In this document: in pieces, positions 19,583 through 29,870 of the stretch
How positions within the stretch are numbered: the stretch's first letter is position 1
Layout of the letters: the number at the start of each line of letters is the position of its first letter
Source: Spirochaetota bacterium
GTDB lineage: Bacteria > Spirochaetota > UBA4802 > UBA5550
Reading direction: 5' to 3'
Assembly: GCA_963663865.1 (NCBI GenBank)
Contig: OY760686.1
Coordinates: forward strand, 3,088,590 to 3,152,589
Length of the DNA stretch: 64,000 nucleotides
Notes under the pieces: model-generated
Database searches by the model: none
Told to the model about the DNA's origin: nothing
What the model saw: the letters and a program-made list of their open reading frames with translations, nothing else
Made by a program: the position numbers and the translations under genes

Positions 19583-20847
19583 AGATTTAACACCTTCTCC
19601 TTGACAGCTCCTTTGAGCCCGAGCTCATTCAGGCCGTTCCTCCTCTGCACCCGGGTTTTCCTCTGAAGTATATCAATAACCTCAAGCGCGTTGACAGGGT
19701 TAAGCCCGGCATTGAGCAGACCGGAAAAGAGCGAGCTCTTCTGATGCCCTGTCATCTCGCTTCGCCCGCTTTTTCTAAAGCTGCGACGCTTTTCACGCTC
19801 CGGCTTACGCTCCTTCTCAAAACCATAAGCATGGTTATAGAGAACGCCGATATCCCCCCCGTCCATGCCAAGCTGAATGAGAGCATCTTCACTGACAGGG
19901 CCTATCAGCCGCCTGTATTTGATTAGCCTCTCCCTGAAAAGCACCGGAACCGCTTCCATCCCCATTATCTCTTCATCGGAGCATGTCCGTATATCAACCT
20001 TCCGGGGCAGCTCTGCGTCCAGCTCTGTATTGAGCCCTGAATAGCTTAGTGAATCAAAGCTCCCGCCGCCGAAGCGGAGTGAAACACCGGCCGTATGCGT
20101 GCTTCCAAGATAGGGGTGCCTGAGCAGTGAATATGTAAAGGAAAGACTCGAGACGTTAACCTCAACTCCCAGGCCGTAGGACAATGTCTCCCTGGAATAT
20201 CCGGCCCTGAGCAGTATGTACTGCTGAATACGTACTGAGACTGTAAAGGTGTTGATATAGCCGTAAGCTGACGATGTGATGTTATACGAGGCGGCGAGGC
20301 CCTTAACCGGAACAAATGACGCGCCCGCGCTCCATTCCGGGGAGAGCAGAGAGCTTCCCTGGAAGGAACGAATGTTCTCACATGCCCCGGCAAGCACCAG
20401 CCTTCTTGACAGCGGGATATTGACGTAAGCGCTCAGGTCAGCCTCTCCCTCCAGGCCTCCATCCTCAAATTTCACCCAGGAATACCCCGCGCTTAGCCCG
20501 GCCGCCAAAAAACCGGCCGGCCGGAATCCCGCGCCGATGGAAATCTCATTTTCACGGTACCCTTCGGCTCCGAAGTTTTCCCACGAAAACAGAAAACCCG
20601 CTCCGGAAACCGGAAAGAGCGCCTGCATGTTTCCGCATAAAAGCCCTGTGCCGGTGTAAGGGCGCCCCCCTGCCATGCTGATGCGGGGCCCGGGCAGTCC
20701 CGCGCTGTACGAGGTATTGAGCACCGCTGATCCCGAGAATCCCTCTGAGGCGGCTACGGTATACGGGAACATGCCTTCAAAACAGGCAGGCCTGTACTCA
20801 AAGGCCGTCACGAGTGCGGCCGCCAGAACAAGCATGGAGACACTCAT
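19564..20847 (-). CDS. putative outer-membrane protein with C-terminal ComEA-like helix-hairpin-helix domain
   Basis: Start set at MSVSMLVLAAALVTA signal peptide; its ATG overlaps the upstream gene stop as ATGA. C-terminal VDIRTCSDEEIMGMEAVPVLFRERLIKYRRLIGPVSEDALIQLGMDGGDIG aligns by eye with the ComEA competence-protein helix-hairpin-helix domain. Confidence 0.5.
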   Translation of the reverse strand: MSVSMLVLAAALVTAFEYRPACFEGMFPYTVAASEGFSGSAVLNTSYSAGLPGPRISMAGGRPYTGTGLLCGNMQALFPVSGAGFLFSWENFGAEGYRENEISIGAGFRPAGFLAAGLSAGYSWVKFEDGGLEGEADLSAYVNIPLSRRLVLAGACENIRSFQGSSLLSPEWSAGASFVPVKGLAASYNITSSAYGYINTFTVSVRIQQYILLRAGYSRETLSYGLGVEVNVSSLSFTYSLLRHPYLGSTHTAGVSLRFGGGSFDSLSYSGLNTELDAELPRKVDIRTCSDEEIMGMEAVPVLFRERLIKYRRLIGPVSEDALIQLGMDGGDIGVLYNHAYGFEKERKPEREKRRSFRKSGRSEMTGHQKSSLFSGLLNAGLNPVNALEVIDILQRKTRVQRRNGLNELGLKGAVKEKVLNLCSSYL

Positions 20848-21857
20848 CTTTTCCGCCCGAGTACGATGAGAAACTTCTTCCTCTGGGCCCTTTTCCGCTC
20901 CCGGGATACAGCCTCTACCAGCACGGGATATATCCCGGCCGGCAGGGTCGCCACCGAAGGGCTCTCCCAGTAGAGACTGAAATATCCGGGGGCAATATCC
21001 CTGGCAAGGTCCGTGGAATAGAGCATCACTCCAGTCGATGAAAACACCCTCAATCTGAGGCTGCATTCCTCATTCACGAAGAGAGGCACCTCGACAGATG
21101 CGGTTGCCGCGTCCCTTCGCACGTTGATTCTGCCTTTTCTAAGCTTAAAAACATCTCCAGCTGGTTCTCCGGAGCTGATTATGTTTTCCCTGCCCGGTGT
21201 CTGAAACCTGGTTACGGCAAAATCAGCAGAGCTGTTGCAATCGGGAACCGGCAGGCGTGAAACAGAAAAGTGCCCCTTCAGGCCGTTAGCCCCTATATCA
21301 ATGCTGCTCTTCTGGACATCATCCGCTGCAGTCCATTGACCCGCGGCCGAGGCGCAGCGGATATAGCCTGTAACTGCTTTATTGGGAGTTCCGTCCATGT
21401 TTGAATACGCCGCAAAATCAATGATTCCGCCGTTTTCCGGATCGTCATCAGTATCTATAGAAACAACACCTTCCGAATTCCATAGAGCAGCAGAGTAGTT
21501 GGAACAGCTGACTTCCAGAATACCGTTTCCATTAATGTCGCCGCTCAGATCCGATTCAGTCGCTGAGGCGCCCTCGTGCATATAAACTACTATGAACCTG
21601 TCGTCCCAGGGTGTGTCCGGGCTGTCCTCACTGCGGATAGTGACTGGTTCCAGCGACAGCCGCATATTGCTGCCGTAGTAGCAGGTCACGAAGAGCGGAG
21701 AAACATCCATGCTCTCCCCCGGCCCGCCGGAAAAGCAAAGTTCAACCCAGTCGTTTTCCGTATTTGTTACGAACTCGTTGATTGACAGACCCGCCAGCGC
21801 TTCTTCACTGAAACAGACACACAGGACAAGGGCGATAAGGAGCAGTTTTGTTTTCAT
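20844..21857 (-). CDS. secreted lamin-tail-domain (LTD) protein with C-terminal Ig-like region
   Basis: Signal peptide; LSINEFVTNTENDWVELCFSG matches the LTD INE...DWVEL signature. Confidence 0.6.
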   Translation of the reverse strand: MKTKLLLIALVLCVCFSEEALAGLSINEFVTNTENDWVELCFSGGPGESMDVSPLFVTCYYGSNMRLSLEPVTIRSEDSPDTPWDDRFIVVYMHEGASATESDLSGDINGNGILEVSCSNYSAALWNSEGVVSIDTDDDPENGGIIDFAAYSNMDGTPNKAVTGYIRCASAAGQWTAADDVQKSSIDIGANGLKGHFSVSRLPVPDCNSSADFAVTRFQTPGRENIISSGEPAGDVFKLRKGRINVRRDAATASVEVPLFVNEECSLRLRVFSSTGVMLYSTDLARDIAPGYFSLYWESPSVATLPAGIYPVLVEAVSRERKRAQRKKFLIVLGRKR

Positions 21858-21944
21858 GACGCCTCCGTCAGTTAAACGGCCGGCGGAAGGCAGGAATAAA
21901 ATTTAAAAAAATAACTCGACATACTTCATGCCGGGTTTCTTCTG

Positions 21945-23093
21945 GTGCAAACGCCTAAAAAGTGTAATGGGATGAGCGGAAAGACAAAGACATTCATGGG
22001 TTCGAAGATTAGTCCGAGATATCTCGGCGCATTTGCTTCAGGAATCAGGGATATTATCGCGTCGTCAGACGACCGAAACCAGGCCCTGGCCCGCGTGTCC
22101 TCAGTCTCAGTTGAGGCCTTCGGACGCGAAATCAGCCCCACAGTTCTTGAAAAGCCGGACAGGCTTTCCATATCGTTCCTTGAACTGCTTGACCAGATCG
22201 TTTTTGAGATCAACGAAAATCAAAGCGATTCCGAAACAATAAAGGACTACATCGCCGAGAACCTCTTCAAAAGAGTGACTATCTTCAGCGAAGCGATGAC
22301 GGAAATCTCCGCTTACAGCAGGAGCCTGCAGTCCAGGCCGCTCAGCGTTGATGACACCCTCATAATATCACACTTCCGAATGAATGAATTTGTGCCGGAG
22401 CTGATTAACGAGTTTGCCGAAAACCCCGCGCTTCAGAAACACATTCTCAGAGCGCTGCTCCGTTTTAATCCTGATGAAACTGTATCCTTCATGTCAGAAA
22501 TAGCCTCAGGACCCTACTGCCCTGAGGCCCGGGCGACCGCGCTTGCTTCGCTGAAAAAGTCCTCCGCTGGAACGGAGATTCTCGCGTCCCTCGAAGAAAA
22601 CGGGAAGTCCTCGCTGCTCCGTTACGCTTCCCTTTTTAATGCCGCCAATATCCCCGGGAATATAAAGCCGTACACTCCTGAAACCTGCGCGTTCGCGTCA
22701 TATCTGATTGAAGCCGACAGCGCACTCATAAATGACATTCCGTCTCTCATCTGGTTTTGCGGGATTTTCGAGTCGTTCCCGGACGCGCCGGGAAACAGCG
22801 AGAACCCGAAATACTCGGGAATTTTCCGGGCCCTGACTCATGTCCTCGTTGAGCTTCCCCGAACGCTCCTCAAGGACGCAGTCAAGTCAGACATCGCGCT
22901 AACCGCGCTCACCTCCTTTATTGACTCGCTTCCGAGATCAGTATTCAGCAGAATAGCCGTAGCCCTTGACCCGCTGGGCAGCTCCTTTCATGACCCGGTA
23001 GGCGCTCTTGTCGAAAGCGGCAAAATAGTTTTGGACGGCCCGTCTTCCAACACGCTCAGCTACCTCATGCGTGACACCGCTTCCGCTTTTTAA
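21945..23093 (+). CDS. hypothetical protein (alpha-helical)
   Basis: 382 aa ORF; no family recognised. Confidence 0.45.
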   Translation: MQTPKKCNGMSGKTKTFMGSKISPRYLGAFASGIRDIIASSDDRNQALARVSSVSVEAFGREISPTVLEKPDRLSISFLELLDQIVFEINENQSDSETIKDYIAENLFKRVTIFSEAMTEISAYSRSLQSRPLSVDDTLIISHFRMNEFVPELINEFAENPALQKHILRALLRFNPDETVSFMSEIASGPYCPEARATALASLKKSSAGTEILASLEENGKSSLLRYASLFNAANIPGNIKPYTPETCAFASYLIEADSALINDIPSLIWFCGIFESFPDAPGNSENPKYSGIFRALTHVLVELPRTLLKDAVKSDIALTALTSFIDSLPRSVFSRIAVALDPLGSSFHDPVGALVESGKIVLDGPSSNTLSYLMRDTASAF

Positions 23094-23096
23094 TTC

Positions 23097-24743
23097 TTAA
23101 TCCCTTATATCAGCTTCGCCGCCGGCGCCCTCAACCTGGTCAACCCTGACCTTGACGAACCAGACCGGAGGCTTGCCCGCGCCGTGTGACATGTAGTAGC
23201 TTCTTTTCTTTACAGCCCTTGTAAAATCCGTTTTTATTATTCCGGGGATATCGGCTGCAGGAACATCAACGATCACCGGAACGGGGGCAATGCCGTACAT
23301 ACCCGCGGGATCATCTCTGAAATAGAACCCTGCGTAGATGTAGGCGCCTTCCCTTGCCCTCAGTGACGACAGCATCTTCGGTGTAGGAATCATTACCCGG
23401 AACGAAACCCTGCCGTCCGTAAGAAGCGCGCTTCCGGCTGCAGCCTGGCCCCTGCCGGCCTGTCCAAAGGCCCCGGTCACAATTTCCTTCAGATTGGTAA
23501 GCAATGGCCCCTTTTTTATAACCCGCCGGCCGGTCTGCTTCTCAAAGAGCTCCGGAAGGCTGTAAGGCCCGGCCGCCTCAGACCTCATCTCGCTCAGCGG
23601 CTCGAGCGCCTTTCCCATAGACGGATTGTATCTGTCGGGAACATATACTCCCCCTCTCCAGGAGGATGCAGGCCTTTCCGATCTGAATGCCCTGCCGTTC
23701 TGGAAGTATAGATACACCGGGCTTCCTGTTTCGGTGAAGGCCTTCTGGCTGTAGACGGCATAGATGTTTTTGCCGCGCGCTGACGCTGCAACCCTTTCGG
23801 GTATCTCGGCCCTGCTTCCAGTAAGGCTGCCCAGTGAAACTGCCCGCAGAGCGATGCCCTTCCCGGCGGCGCGGGCGGCCTCCTGTTCCGGGAAGCGGGC
23901 AGAGGGCATCTCCGAGTTTGTTATCAGAACAATGTGCTTAGCTGAACCTTTCCGCCATCGTACATTTCCGACCGCGTACCTGAGAGCAGAGACAAACGAA
24001 GAGGCGTCTGGCTTTCCGGATGGCTTCATGCCGGCAAGGGCCTGTCTGAGGGCGTGAAGAGTCGTATATGTCTTCACACCCGTGATATTTATGTTTTTCC
24101 CGGAAAAGGGAATCAACGTTACGCGGCAATCCATTCTGCGGGCATCTATTAAATCCGAAGCTGACGCAATCACAGCGGCCCTGACATCGCCCCACTCGCA
24201 GGAGATGTTCCATGAAAGATCAAGCAGAAAGGCAACGTCCGCGCTTCCGGCGTCATACCCTCGTTTTACAGCTGGATATGCCGTGAAGGCTTCGCGCACC
24301 TCGTTTTCGGCCAGCTCGAAGATATCTGAACCCGCTGAACTGATTCTGCTGAGCACACGCTTTTCTGGCACCGAATAGAGCACGCTCACAGACTCATATC
24401 CGCCGCGGGTTTTGTAGAGAGTTCCTGCGAGAACTGTGTCGATATATTTCCCCGCTGTCAATGCCTGAAGGTCATCAGAGGACAGCTTCTTTGCCGGATC
24501 AATCTTCAGTCTCTCCATGTCGAGTTCAATATCGCGTGAGGAGGTTACTCTGACATCGCGTGAAAGTAAAGCAGTAAGAGCAACCAGCCTTGCGAAATCC
24601 CGGGCTGTTTCTGCCGTAAGCTTTTCTGACGGATTCCCCGCCCTGTAGGGCAGCACAGCAGTCTCGGCAAAAAGGGCATGTGAGCCTAACACAAGAATCA
24701 AAGCTAATAAAACTGTTAGTCTCTTCATATTACTTAACATCAC
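23097..24743 (-). CDS. secreted von Willebrand factor A (vWA)-like domain protein
   Basis: Signal peptide; central VAFLLDLSWNIS...HIVLITNSE resembles vWA MIDAS/beta-strand pattern. Confidence 0.5.
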   Translation of the reverse strand: MMLSNMKRLTVLLALILVLGSHALFAETAVLPYRAGNPSEKLTAETARDFARLVALTALLSRDVRVTSSRDIELDMERLKIDPAKKLSSDDLQALTAGKYIDTVLAGTLYKTRGGYESVSVLYSVPEKRVLSRISSAGSDIFELAENEVREAFTAYPAVKRGYDAGSADVAFLLDLSWNISCEWGDVRAAVIASASDLIDARRMDCRVTLIPFSGKNINITGVKTYTTLHALRQALAGMKPSGKPDASSFVSALRYAVGNVRWRKGSAKHIVLITNSEMPSARFPEQEAARAAGKGIALRAVSLGSLTGSRAEIPERVAASARGKNIYAVYSQKAFTETGSPVYLYFQNGRAFRSERPASSWRGGVYVPDRYNPSMGKALEPLSEMRSEAAGPYSLPELFEKQTGRRVIKKGPLLTNLKEIVTGAFGQAGRGQAAAGSALLTDGRVSFRVMIPTPKMLSSLRAREGAYIYAGFYFRDDPAGMYGIAPVPVIVDVPAADIPGIIKTDFTRAVKKRSYYMSHGAGKPPVWFVKVRVDQVEGAGGEADIRD

Positions 24744-24950
24744 CTGGTTTTATTGGATAAATTTTTAATAGGCTATTATGCAGCAAATATCCCTGTCAAA
24801 CACCTTTCAGGCGGTTTCCATAGACGGCCGAAAAATGGAATCAATCCATTGCAAATGCCCGGGGCGGCTAAATATCCTCAATAAATTTTCTTGACACCCG
24901 GCCTAAAAGCACTATTCTGCTGGAATAAAACTCTTCAAAGGAGATATGAT

Positions 24951-25226
24951 ATGAGACGCATTCTCGCAATAATGACAGCCTGCGCGCTTGCCTTTGCAGT
25001 TGCAGCGTGCACAAAAAAACAAAAGGACATGACAATTGAAGATTTCGCTAAAATCGATCTCGAAGTAGCTGTTTCCGACCAGAAACCTGAAACAATCGAG
25101 ACAATTGCGAAAAAACACGGATACACAGCAGAACAGTACGAAGAATTCTCAAAGATAATCGAAAAGAGCTCTACTCTCCAGGAAAAGCTTGGAGATATTC
25201 GTCTCGGAGAGCAAAAGTCCGAGTAA
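24951..25226 (+). CDS. small lipoprotein
   Basis: AAGGAG RBS; MRRILAIMTACALAFAVAAC lipobox; upstream TTGACA-N17-TATTCT promoter at about 24886-24914. Confidence 0.45.
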   Translation: MRRILAIMTACALAFAVAACTKKQKDMTIEDFAKIDLEVAVSDQKPETIETIAKKHGYTAEQYEEFSKIIEKSSTLQEKLGDIRLGEQKSE

Positions 25227-25245
25227 CCTTGAGCGGCTGCAGCCG

Positions 25246-26085
25246 CTACACAGTTTCAATATCCATGAAAGCCGCGGCGTTTTTTCCGAAAATCATCGCG
25301 GCTGTCTCTTTTCCACACTGCTCAATTCCCTGTACATATCGTCCGGCGCGCAGAAGCGGGAAGTCGCTTCCGAAAAGCACCCTGTCAGAACCAGCCGTCT
25401 CAGCGGCCAGCATATAAATATTTTCGCTGTAAATATATGGGGTCGCGGCCGTATCGTAGACGCATGACTGAAGCGCCTCTTTCACCTCGGGCATCAGCTC
25501 GTAGAACACAAGCCCTCCGCCCCAGTGCGAAAGCATTATTCTGACGCCGGGGTATTTCCCGATTATCCTTATCGTTTCATTAAGGGCCGGATAATACTTT
25601 CCCGGATAGCTGTGGCCCACCGGTTCGTTGACATGGAGACACAGAGGAATATCAGCCTCGCCTGCTGACTCAATAAGCGTTTCCAGGCATTTCAGCACCT
25701 TCTCATCCATTCCAGCAGAGTACCAGGCTGCTTCTCCTACACCTGAAAGCCCCAGGTCTTTTGCCGCCCTTACGGCCTTTCTGACCACGCCCGAATCACT
25801 GGAAGACGGAACAGCTCCAAAAGGAATAAGGCGCCCGTCTTTATCCGCCATGGCGGCAAAGAACTCGTTCTGCTCCATACATACATTTAAGTCTGCCCAG
25901 GGGAAGCCCATCACGAAAGCCCTGCTTATTCCCGAATCGTTCAGATAACCTGATGCCTCATCGGCTGACGCCGTCTTTGCTGCCGGGTTTGAGTACAAAA
26001 TTGAGAAACCCGGATCGGACAGGTAATTATCCCGCCGCTCAATAACACCGCTTTGAAAAACATGAATGTGAGAATCAATTACCAT
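25246..26085 (-). CDS. amidohydrolase-2 family metal-dependent hydrolase (TIM barrel)
   Basis: Start MVIDSHIHVF (HxH metal motif) with GGAAG RBS; the 15-aa N-terminal extension in the track ORF is likely not translated. Confidence 0.65.
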   Translation of the reverse strand: MVIDSHIHVFQSGVIERRDNYLSDPGFSILYSNPAAKTASADEASGYLNDSGISRAFVMGFPWADLNVCMEQNEFFAAMADKDGRLIPFGAVPSSSDSGVVRKAVRAAKDLGLSGVGEAAWYSAGMDEKVLKCLETLIESAGEADIPLCLHVNEPVGHSYPGKYYPALNETIRIIGKYPGVRIMLSHWGGGLVFYELMPEVKEALQSCVYDTAATPYIYSENIYMLAAETAGSDRVLFGSDFPLLRAGRYVQGIEQCGKETAAMIFGKNAAAFMDIETV

Positions 26086-26244
26086 ATGTTCACTTCCCGA
26101 ATTTTTCATAAACCGTAATACATAGTACACTCTCTACAGCCTCACGGCAACACGATTTCCAGACCAGACAGCCTTTTTCGTTGACAACGCGCCGGGAAAC
26201 AGCTAAGATCTGCCTGTGTGACAGCATGAGTCAGGAGGCTGAAG

Positions 26245-27249
26245 GTGAATCCTATATTTCGAATTGAATGGCCCAGGGCGACACCTAAAGAGGTGATATT
26301 TATCGCGGTGCTGCTTCTGCTGCTCGTAATCATCTACTTCTTTGTTAAATACCTTCAGCTGCAGAACCGGAAGAAAGCAAGGGAAGACTCGCTTTTCCTG
26401 ATAAAGACGCGTCAGTTGGGGCTTTCAAGCTTTCAGATAAAGCTGCTTAACAACATGATTGAGATGCTTCAGCTTACCAGGCCTGACCGCATTCTCGCGG
26501 AGCCAGCTCTCTTCGAAAATTCGGCAGGCAAACTGCTAAGCTTTCTCAAGCAAAAACAGGAAGGGAGCTTTTCAATATCTTCGGTGTGCCGCGACCTGAC
26601 CATCGCCTACGAGAAGCTTTATCATCCGTCAAGCGCCAAAAAACCTCTGGAAAGGATACAGGACATTGAAGCTGATCGCCTTCTCTACTTTGTCGCCGAT
26701 GACAACAATGTCTACTTCGGCAAGATCATTGACACCGCCGAAGACAGCATCGTAGTAAGGATGTTCAGGTCCGCGAAGGAGCTTCAATTCCTTGAAACGG
26801 AATCCACAATGAAGGTTACAATCTGGCGGCTCGGCGACGCTGAATACTACTTCACCACAACAGGCATTCTCCGGGGTGACAGGCTTATAATGAAGGCCCC
26901 CGATGAGTTCACACGCGAGCAGGAATTCCGATATCCATATGTCGACACTATTCTGCTCTGCGAAATCAGCACGGAAGCCGACGACGGAGAAACACCTGAG
27001 AAGATCAGGGCAACCATTTTCAAGATCAACGAAAAGGAGTCTGTTATCAGGCTTAAGCAGACACTTGATTACAGCAGCGAATACATTCTTGAGTTTGAGC
27101 TCAGCGACTTTAAATTCACTATAAAGTCAAAAATCATCGCCAACCGATCAATATCGGAAGCGCATATTAATTACTACACTTTGAAGTTCGGTGAGATATC
27201 GCCGGCTGCGGTAAACGTTCTCAAAAACTATCTGATTGAGCACCTCTGA
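26245..27249 (+). CDS. membrane-anchored hypothetical protein
   Basis: N-terminal TM helix (VIFIAVLLLLLVIIYFFV) then soluble domain; PilZ-like features not convincing. Confidence 0.5.
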   Translation: MNPIFRIEWPRATPKEVIFIAVLLLLLVIIYFFVKYLQLQNRKKAREDSLFLIKTRQLGLSSFQIKLLNNMIEMLQLTRPDRILAEPALFENSAGKLLSFLKQKQEGSFSISSVCRDLTIAYEKLYHPSSAKKPLERIQDIEADRLLYFVADDNNVYFGKIIDTAEDSIVVRMFRSAKELQFLETESTMKVTIWRLGDAEYYFTTTGILRGDRLIMKAPDEFTREQEFRYPYVDTILLCEISTEADDGETPEKIRATIFKINEKESVIRLKQTLDYSSEYILEFELSDFKFTIKSKIIANRSISEAHINYYTLKFGEISPAAVNVLKNYLIEHL

Positions 27250-27269
27250 AACAACGCCGGCAACCGCGT

Positions 27270-28661
27270 TCAATCAGGCAGAATTTTCCCCGGATTCAAG
27301 ATTCCGTTCGGGTCAAAGGCGAGCTTGATCCGCCTCTGCAGCTCAATCTCGGCTTCAGTCATCATTATTGCCAGGTACTCCCTGCGGAGAGCCCCGATTC
27401 CGTGTTCACCGGTAATGCTTCCGCCAAGTTCAACAGCCCTTCTGTATATCTCCCGCTTGAGCTCTGGAATCATTAAGCTCCATTCGCTGTCGCCGATTGT
27501 ATCCTTCAGGATATCGATGTGCACATTGCCGTCGCCCGCGTGTCCGAACATTATTGAGCTGAGCCCTCTTGAAACAAGGTGCCTTTTCAGAGACTTCAAA
27601 AATACCGCTATTGACGCCCTCGGAACAGAACAGTCCTCGGCAAGGAATATGGGACTCCTGCTTTCAATCGCGTCCCTCGTGGAGCGCCTCGCCTTCCAGA
27701 GCCGGGCCTTATCCTCCTCTGTGCGGGCAATAAAGACGCTGTCCGGCTCGGCGCCGGCCGCCCTGACTATGCGGGCAATGTCGCTGTCAACTGCATCCTC
27801 TGTCGCGCCGTCCGCCTGAATCAACAGATGAGCCCCCGCGTCAGGGAAAAGGATATTCCCCCCGAGATACGAAGAAACCAGCCTGATGGCGTCATGTTCC
27901 ATAAACTCGACGGCGCATGGAACCACCCTGCTCCGGAGGATTGAGGTAACAGCGTCAACAGCCAGATCAAGCGATTGGAATGGAATAAGGACGTCATACA
28001 CAACAAGAGGCGCCGGAATCAGCCTCAGGTATATCTTTGTGACAACACCGAGCACACCTTCAGAGCCGACCAGCATGGCGGTCAGATTAAGGCCTGCCGC
28101 GTTTTTGACAATCTTGCCTCCTGTCCTTATTATATCCCCGCCCGGCAGAACAAATTCATGCCCGAGGATATAGGCTCCCGTAATACCGTACTTGACGGCG
28201 CGCGGCCCGCCGGCGTTCTCAGCCAGGTTGCCTCCAATGGAACACTTGTCAAGGCTAGCCGGATCAGGCGGATACATGAGCCCGTGCTTTAGCGCCTCTT
28301 TCTGAATATCGCCTGTTATCGCCCCGGGCTCAACCACAGCGACCATGTTCTCGCCGTCAATCTCGAGAATACGGCTCATTCTCTCAAGAGAAAGCACTAT
28401 CCCGCCATTAACCGCCACGGCCCCGCCCGTGACTCCGCTGCCGCCGCCTCTCGGAATGACCGGCACTTTGAAATCATTGCATATCTTCATCACAAGCGAA
28501 ACATCATCTGAATTGCGAGCAGCGACAACGGCATCGGGGGCCGAACTCAGGTTTGACGTCTTATCAGTACAGTAAGGCTCAATACCCGCCTCATCCGTAA
28601 ACAGGACATCTGCGTGAAGGGATTTCCTGAGCAGCTCTATGGCTTCTTTGACTCTATTCAT
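27270..28661 (-). CDS. FAD-linked oxidase (GlcD / D-lactate dehydrogenase family)
   Basis: FAD_binding_4 motifs (VIPRGGGSGVTGGAV) and C-terminal FAD-oxidase_C region ending KLAFDPNGILNPGK. Confidence 0.8.
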   Translation of the reverse strand: MNRVKEAIELLRKSLHADVLFTDEAGIEPYCTDKTSNLSSAPDAVVAARNSDDVSLVMKICNDFKVPVIPRGGGSGVTGGAVAVNGGIVLSLERMSRILEIDGENMVAVVEPGAITGDIQKEALKHGLMYPPDPASLDKCSIGGNLAENAGGPRAVKYGITGAYILGHEFVLPGGDIIRTGGKIVKNAAGLNLTAMLVGSEGVLGVVTKIYLRLIPAPLVVYDVLIPFQSLDLAVDAVTSILRSRVVPCAVEFMEHDAIRLVSSYLGGNILFPDAGAHLLIQADGATEDAVDSDIARIVRAAGAEPDSVFIARTEEDKARLWKARRSTRDAIESRSPIFLAEDCSVPRASIAVFLKSLKRHLVSRGLSSIMFGHAGDGNVHIDILKDTIGDSEWSLMIPELKREIYRRAVELGGSITGEHGIGALRREYLAIMMTEAEIELQRRIKLAFDPNGILNPGKILPD

Positions 28662-28995
28662 TTATATCATCTCCGTAACAGGGACATGAAGCGCTATCGG
28701 GTTTATTTTTCAAGGGGAAAACATGGGAGCCCACTCGATCTTCCGCAATGATATTACGTGATTTATAATTCAGATTGTCAGATTTTATAACATCAATTGC
28801 GAATAATATTTGATATTTTTTGCTTTTACTGCTGGAATGTTAGATGTATTTACTTCTTCGATTTATTGTTTACCTCGTTATACATATTACCGGCTTTAAA
28901 TTTAAACGAGTGTCCGGTTTTCTGAGCTATGCTCAGTTCACATCGTTAGACGAACTTAAAACATCCATAGTCAAAAAAACACTTGAGGGGGAGTT

Positions 28996-29628
28996 GTGAA
29001 CCTGTACAAAAACAAATACCGAGCAGAATCAGCGCGCCTGAAGGCATGGGACTATTCATCTAACGGTAGATATTATATTACGATTTGCGTGAATAATCAC
29101 GAATGTGTCTTCGGATATATTACAGCCAGAAAAATGGTCCTCTCGAATCTCGGAAAAAATGCAGAATCTTGTTGGCGTGAGATTCCTCATCATTTCCCAT
29201 TTGTGAAATTGGATGAATATGTTGTCATGCCAAATCATATACACGGCATCATCGTTATTGAAAAAACCGTGAAACACCGGAAACACGGGGAATCCGCGAA
29301 ACACGGGGAATCCGTAGAGACGCAAAATCTTGCGTCTCTACAATCGAACGTGTCGGAATCAAACGTGCCACCGTCGAACGTGTCGGTATCGAACATGCCA
29401 CCGTCGAATTTCGGCCCCCAATCAAAAAATATTGCATCGATCATACGCGGTTTTAAAATCGGTGTTACAAAATATGCGGTGAATAACAACATTCCATTTA
29501 AATGGCAACCCCGGTTTCATGATCACATCATACGCGATGAAAATGATTTAAACCGCATCCGCAAGTATATAATGAATAATCCATTAAATTGGGGACCACC
29601 CTCACGGCAGGGGAATATTTTCTCTTGA
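28996..29628 (+). CDS. IS200/IS605-type Y1 (HuH) transposase, REP-associated tyrosine transposase-like, with internal low-complexity repeat insertion
   Basis: HuH motif MPNHIHGIIVI, catalytic Tyr motif RKYIMNNPLNW, WQPRFHDHIIRDE signature; the segment between these motifs is encoded by direct repeats plus a palindrome. Confidence 0.7.
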   Translation: MNLYKNKYRAESARLKAWDYSSNGRYYITICVNNHECVFGYITARKMVLSNLGKNAESCWREIPHHFPFVKLDEYVVMPNHIHGIIVIEKTVKHRKHGESAKHGESVETQNLASLQSNVSESNVPPSNVSVSNMPPSNFGPQSKNIASIIRGFKIGVTKYAVNNNIPFKWQPRFHDHIIRDENDLNRIRKYIMNNPLNWGPPSRQGNIFS

Positions 29629-29672
29629 CTTTACACATAGCATTGTGTAATCTTATTGCAGAGGTAAATTAT

Positions 29673-29870
29673 ATGGCAACTAATTTAAATATCGATATGA
29701 AACTGTTAGATGAAGTTTATGAAATGGGAAATTTCAAAACTAAAAAGGAAGCAGTAAACGTTGCGCTTAAGGAGTATATCCAGAAGCATCGACAAAAAGA
29801 ATTGTTGAAATTTCTAAACAAAGTTGATTTTGATAAAGCCTATGATTACAAAAAAGCACGAAATAGATGA
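29673..29870 (+). CDS. vapB: type II antitoxin (VapB-like)
   Basis: 66 aa MATNLNIDMKLLDEVYEMGNFKTKKEAVNVALKEY...; stop overlaps PIN toxin start (ATGA). Confidence 0.65.
   Translation: MATNLNIDMKLLDEVYEMGNFKTKKEAVNVALKEYIQKHRQKELLKFLNKVDFDKAYDYKKARNR

Noticed and set aside
29589-29672. Longer start for the antitoxin ORF (MGTTLTAGEYFLL...)
   Set aside because: The extension overlaps the transposase 3' end, and the conserved antitoxin sequence begins at MATNLNID (29673); the upstream portion has no homology-like features.
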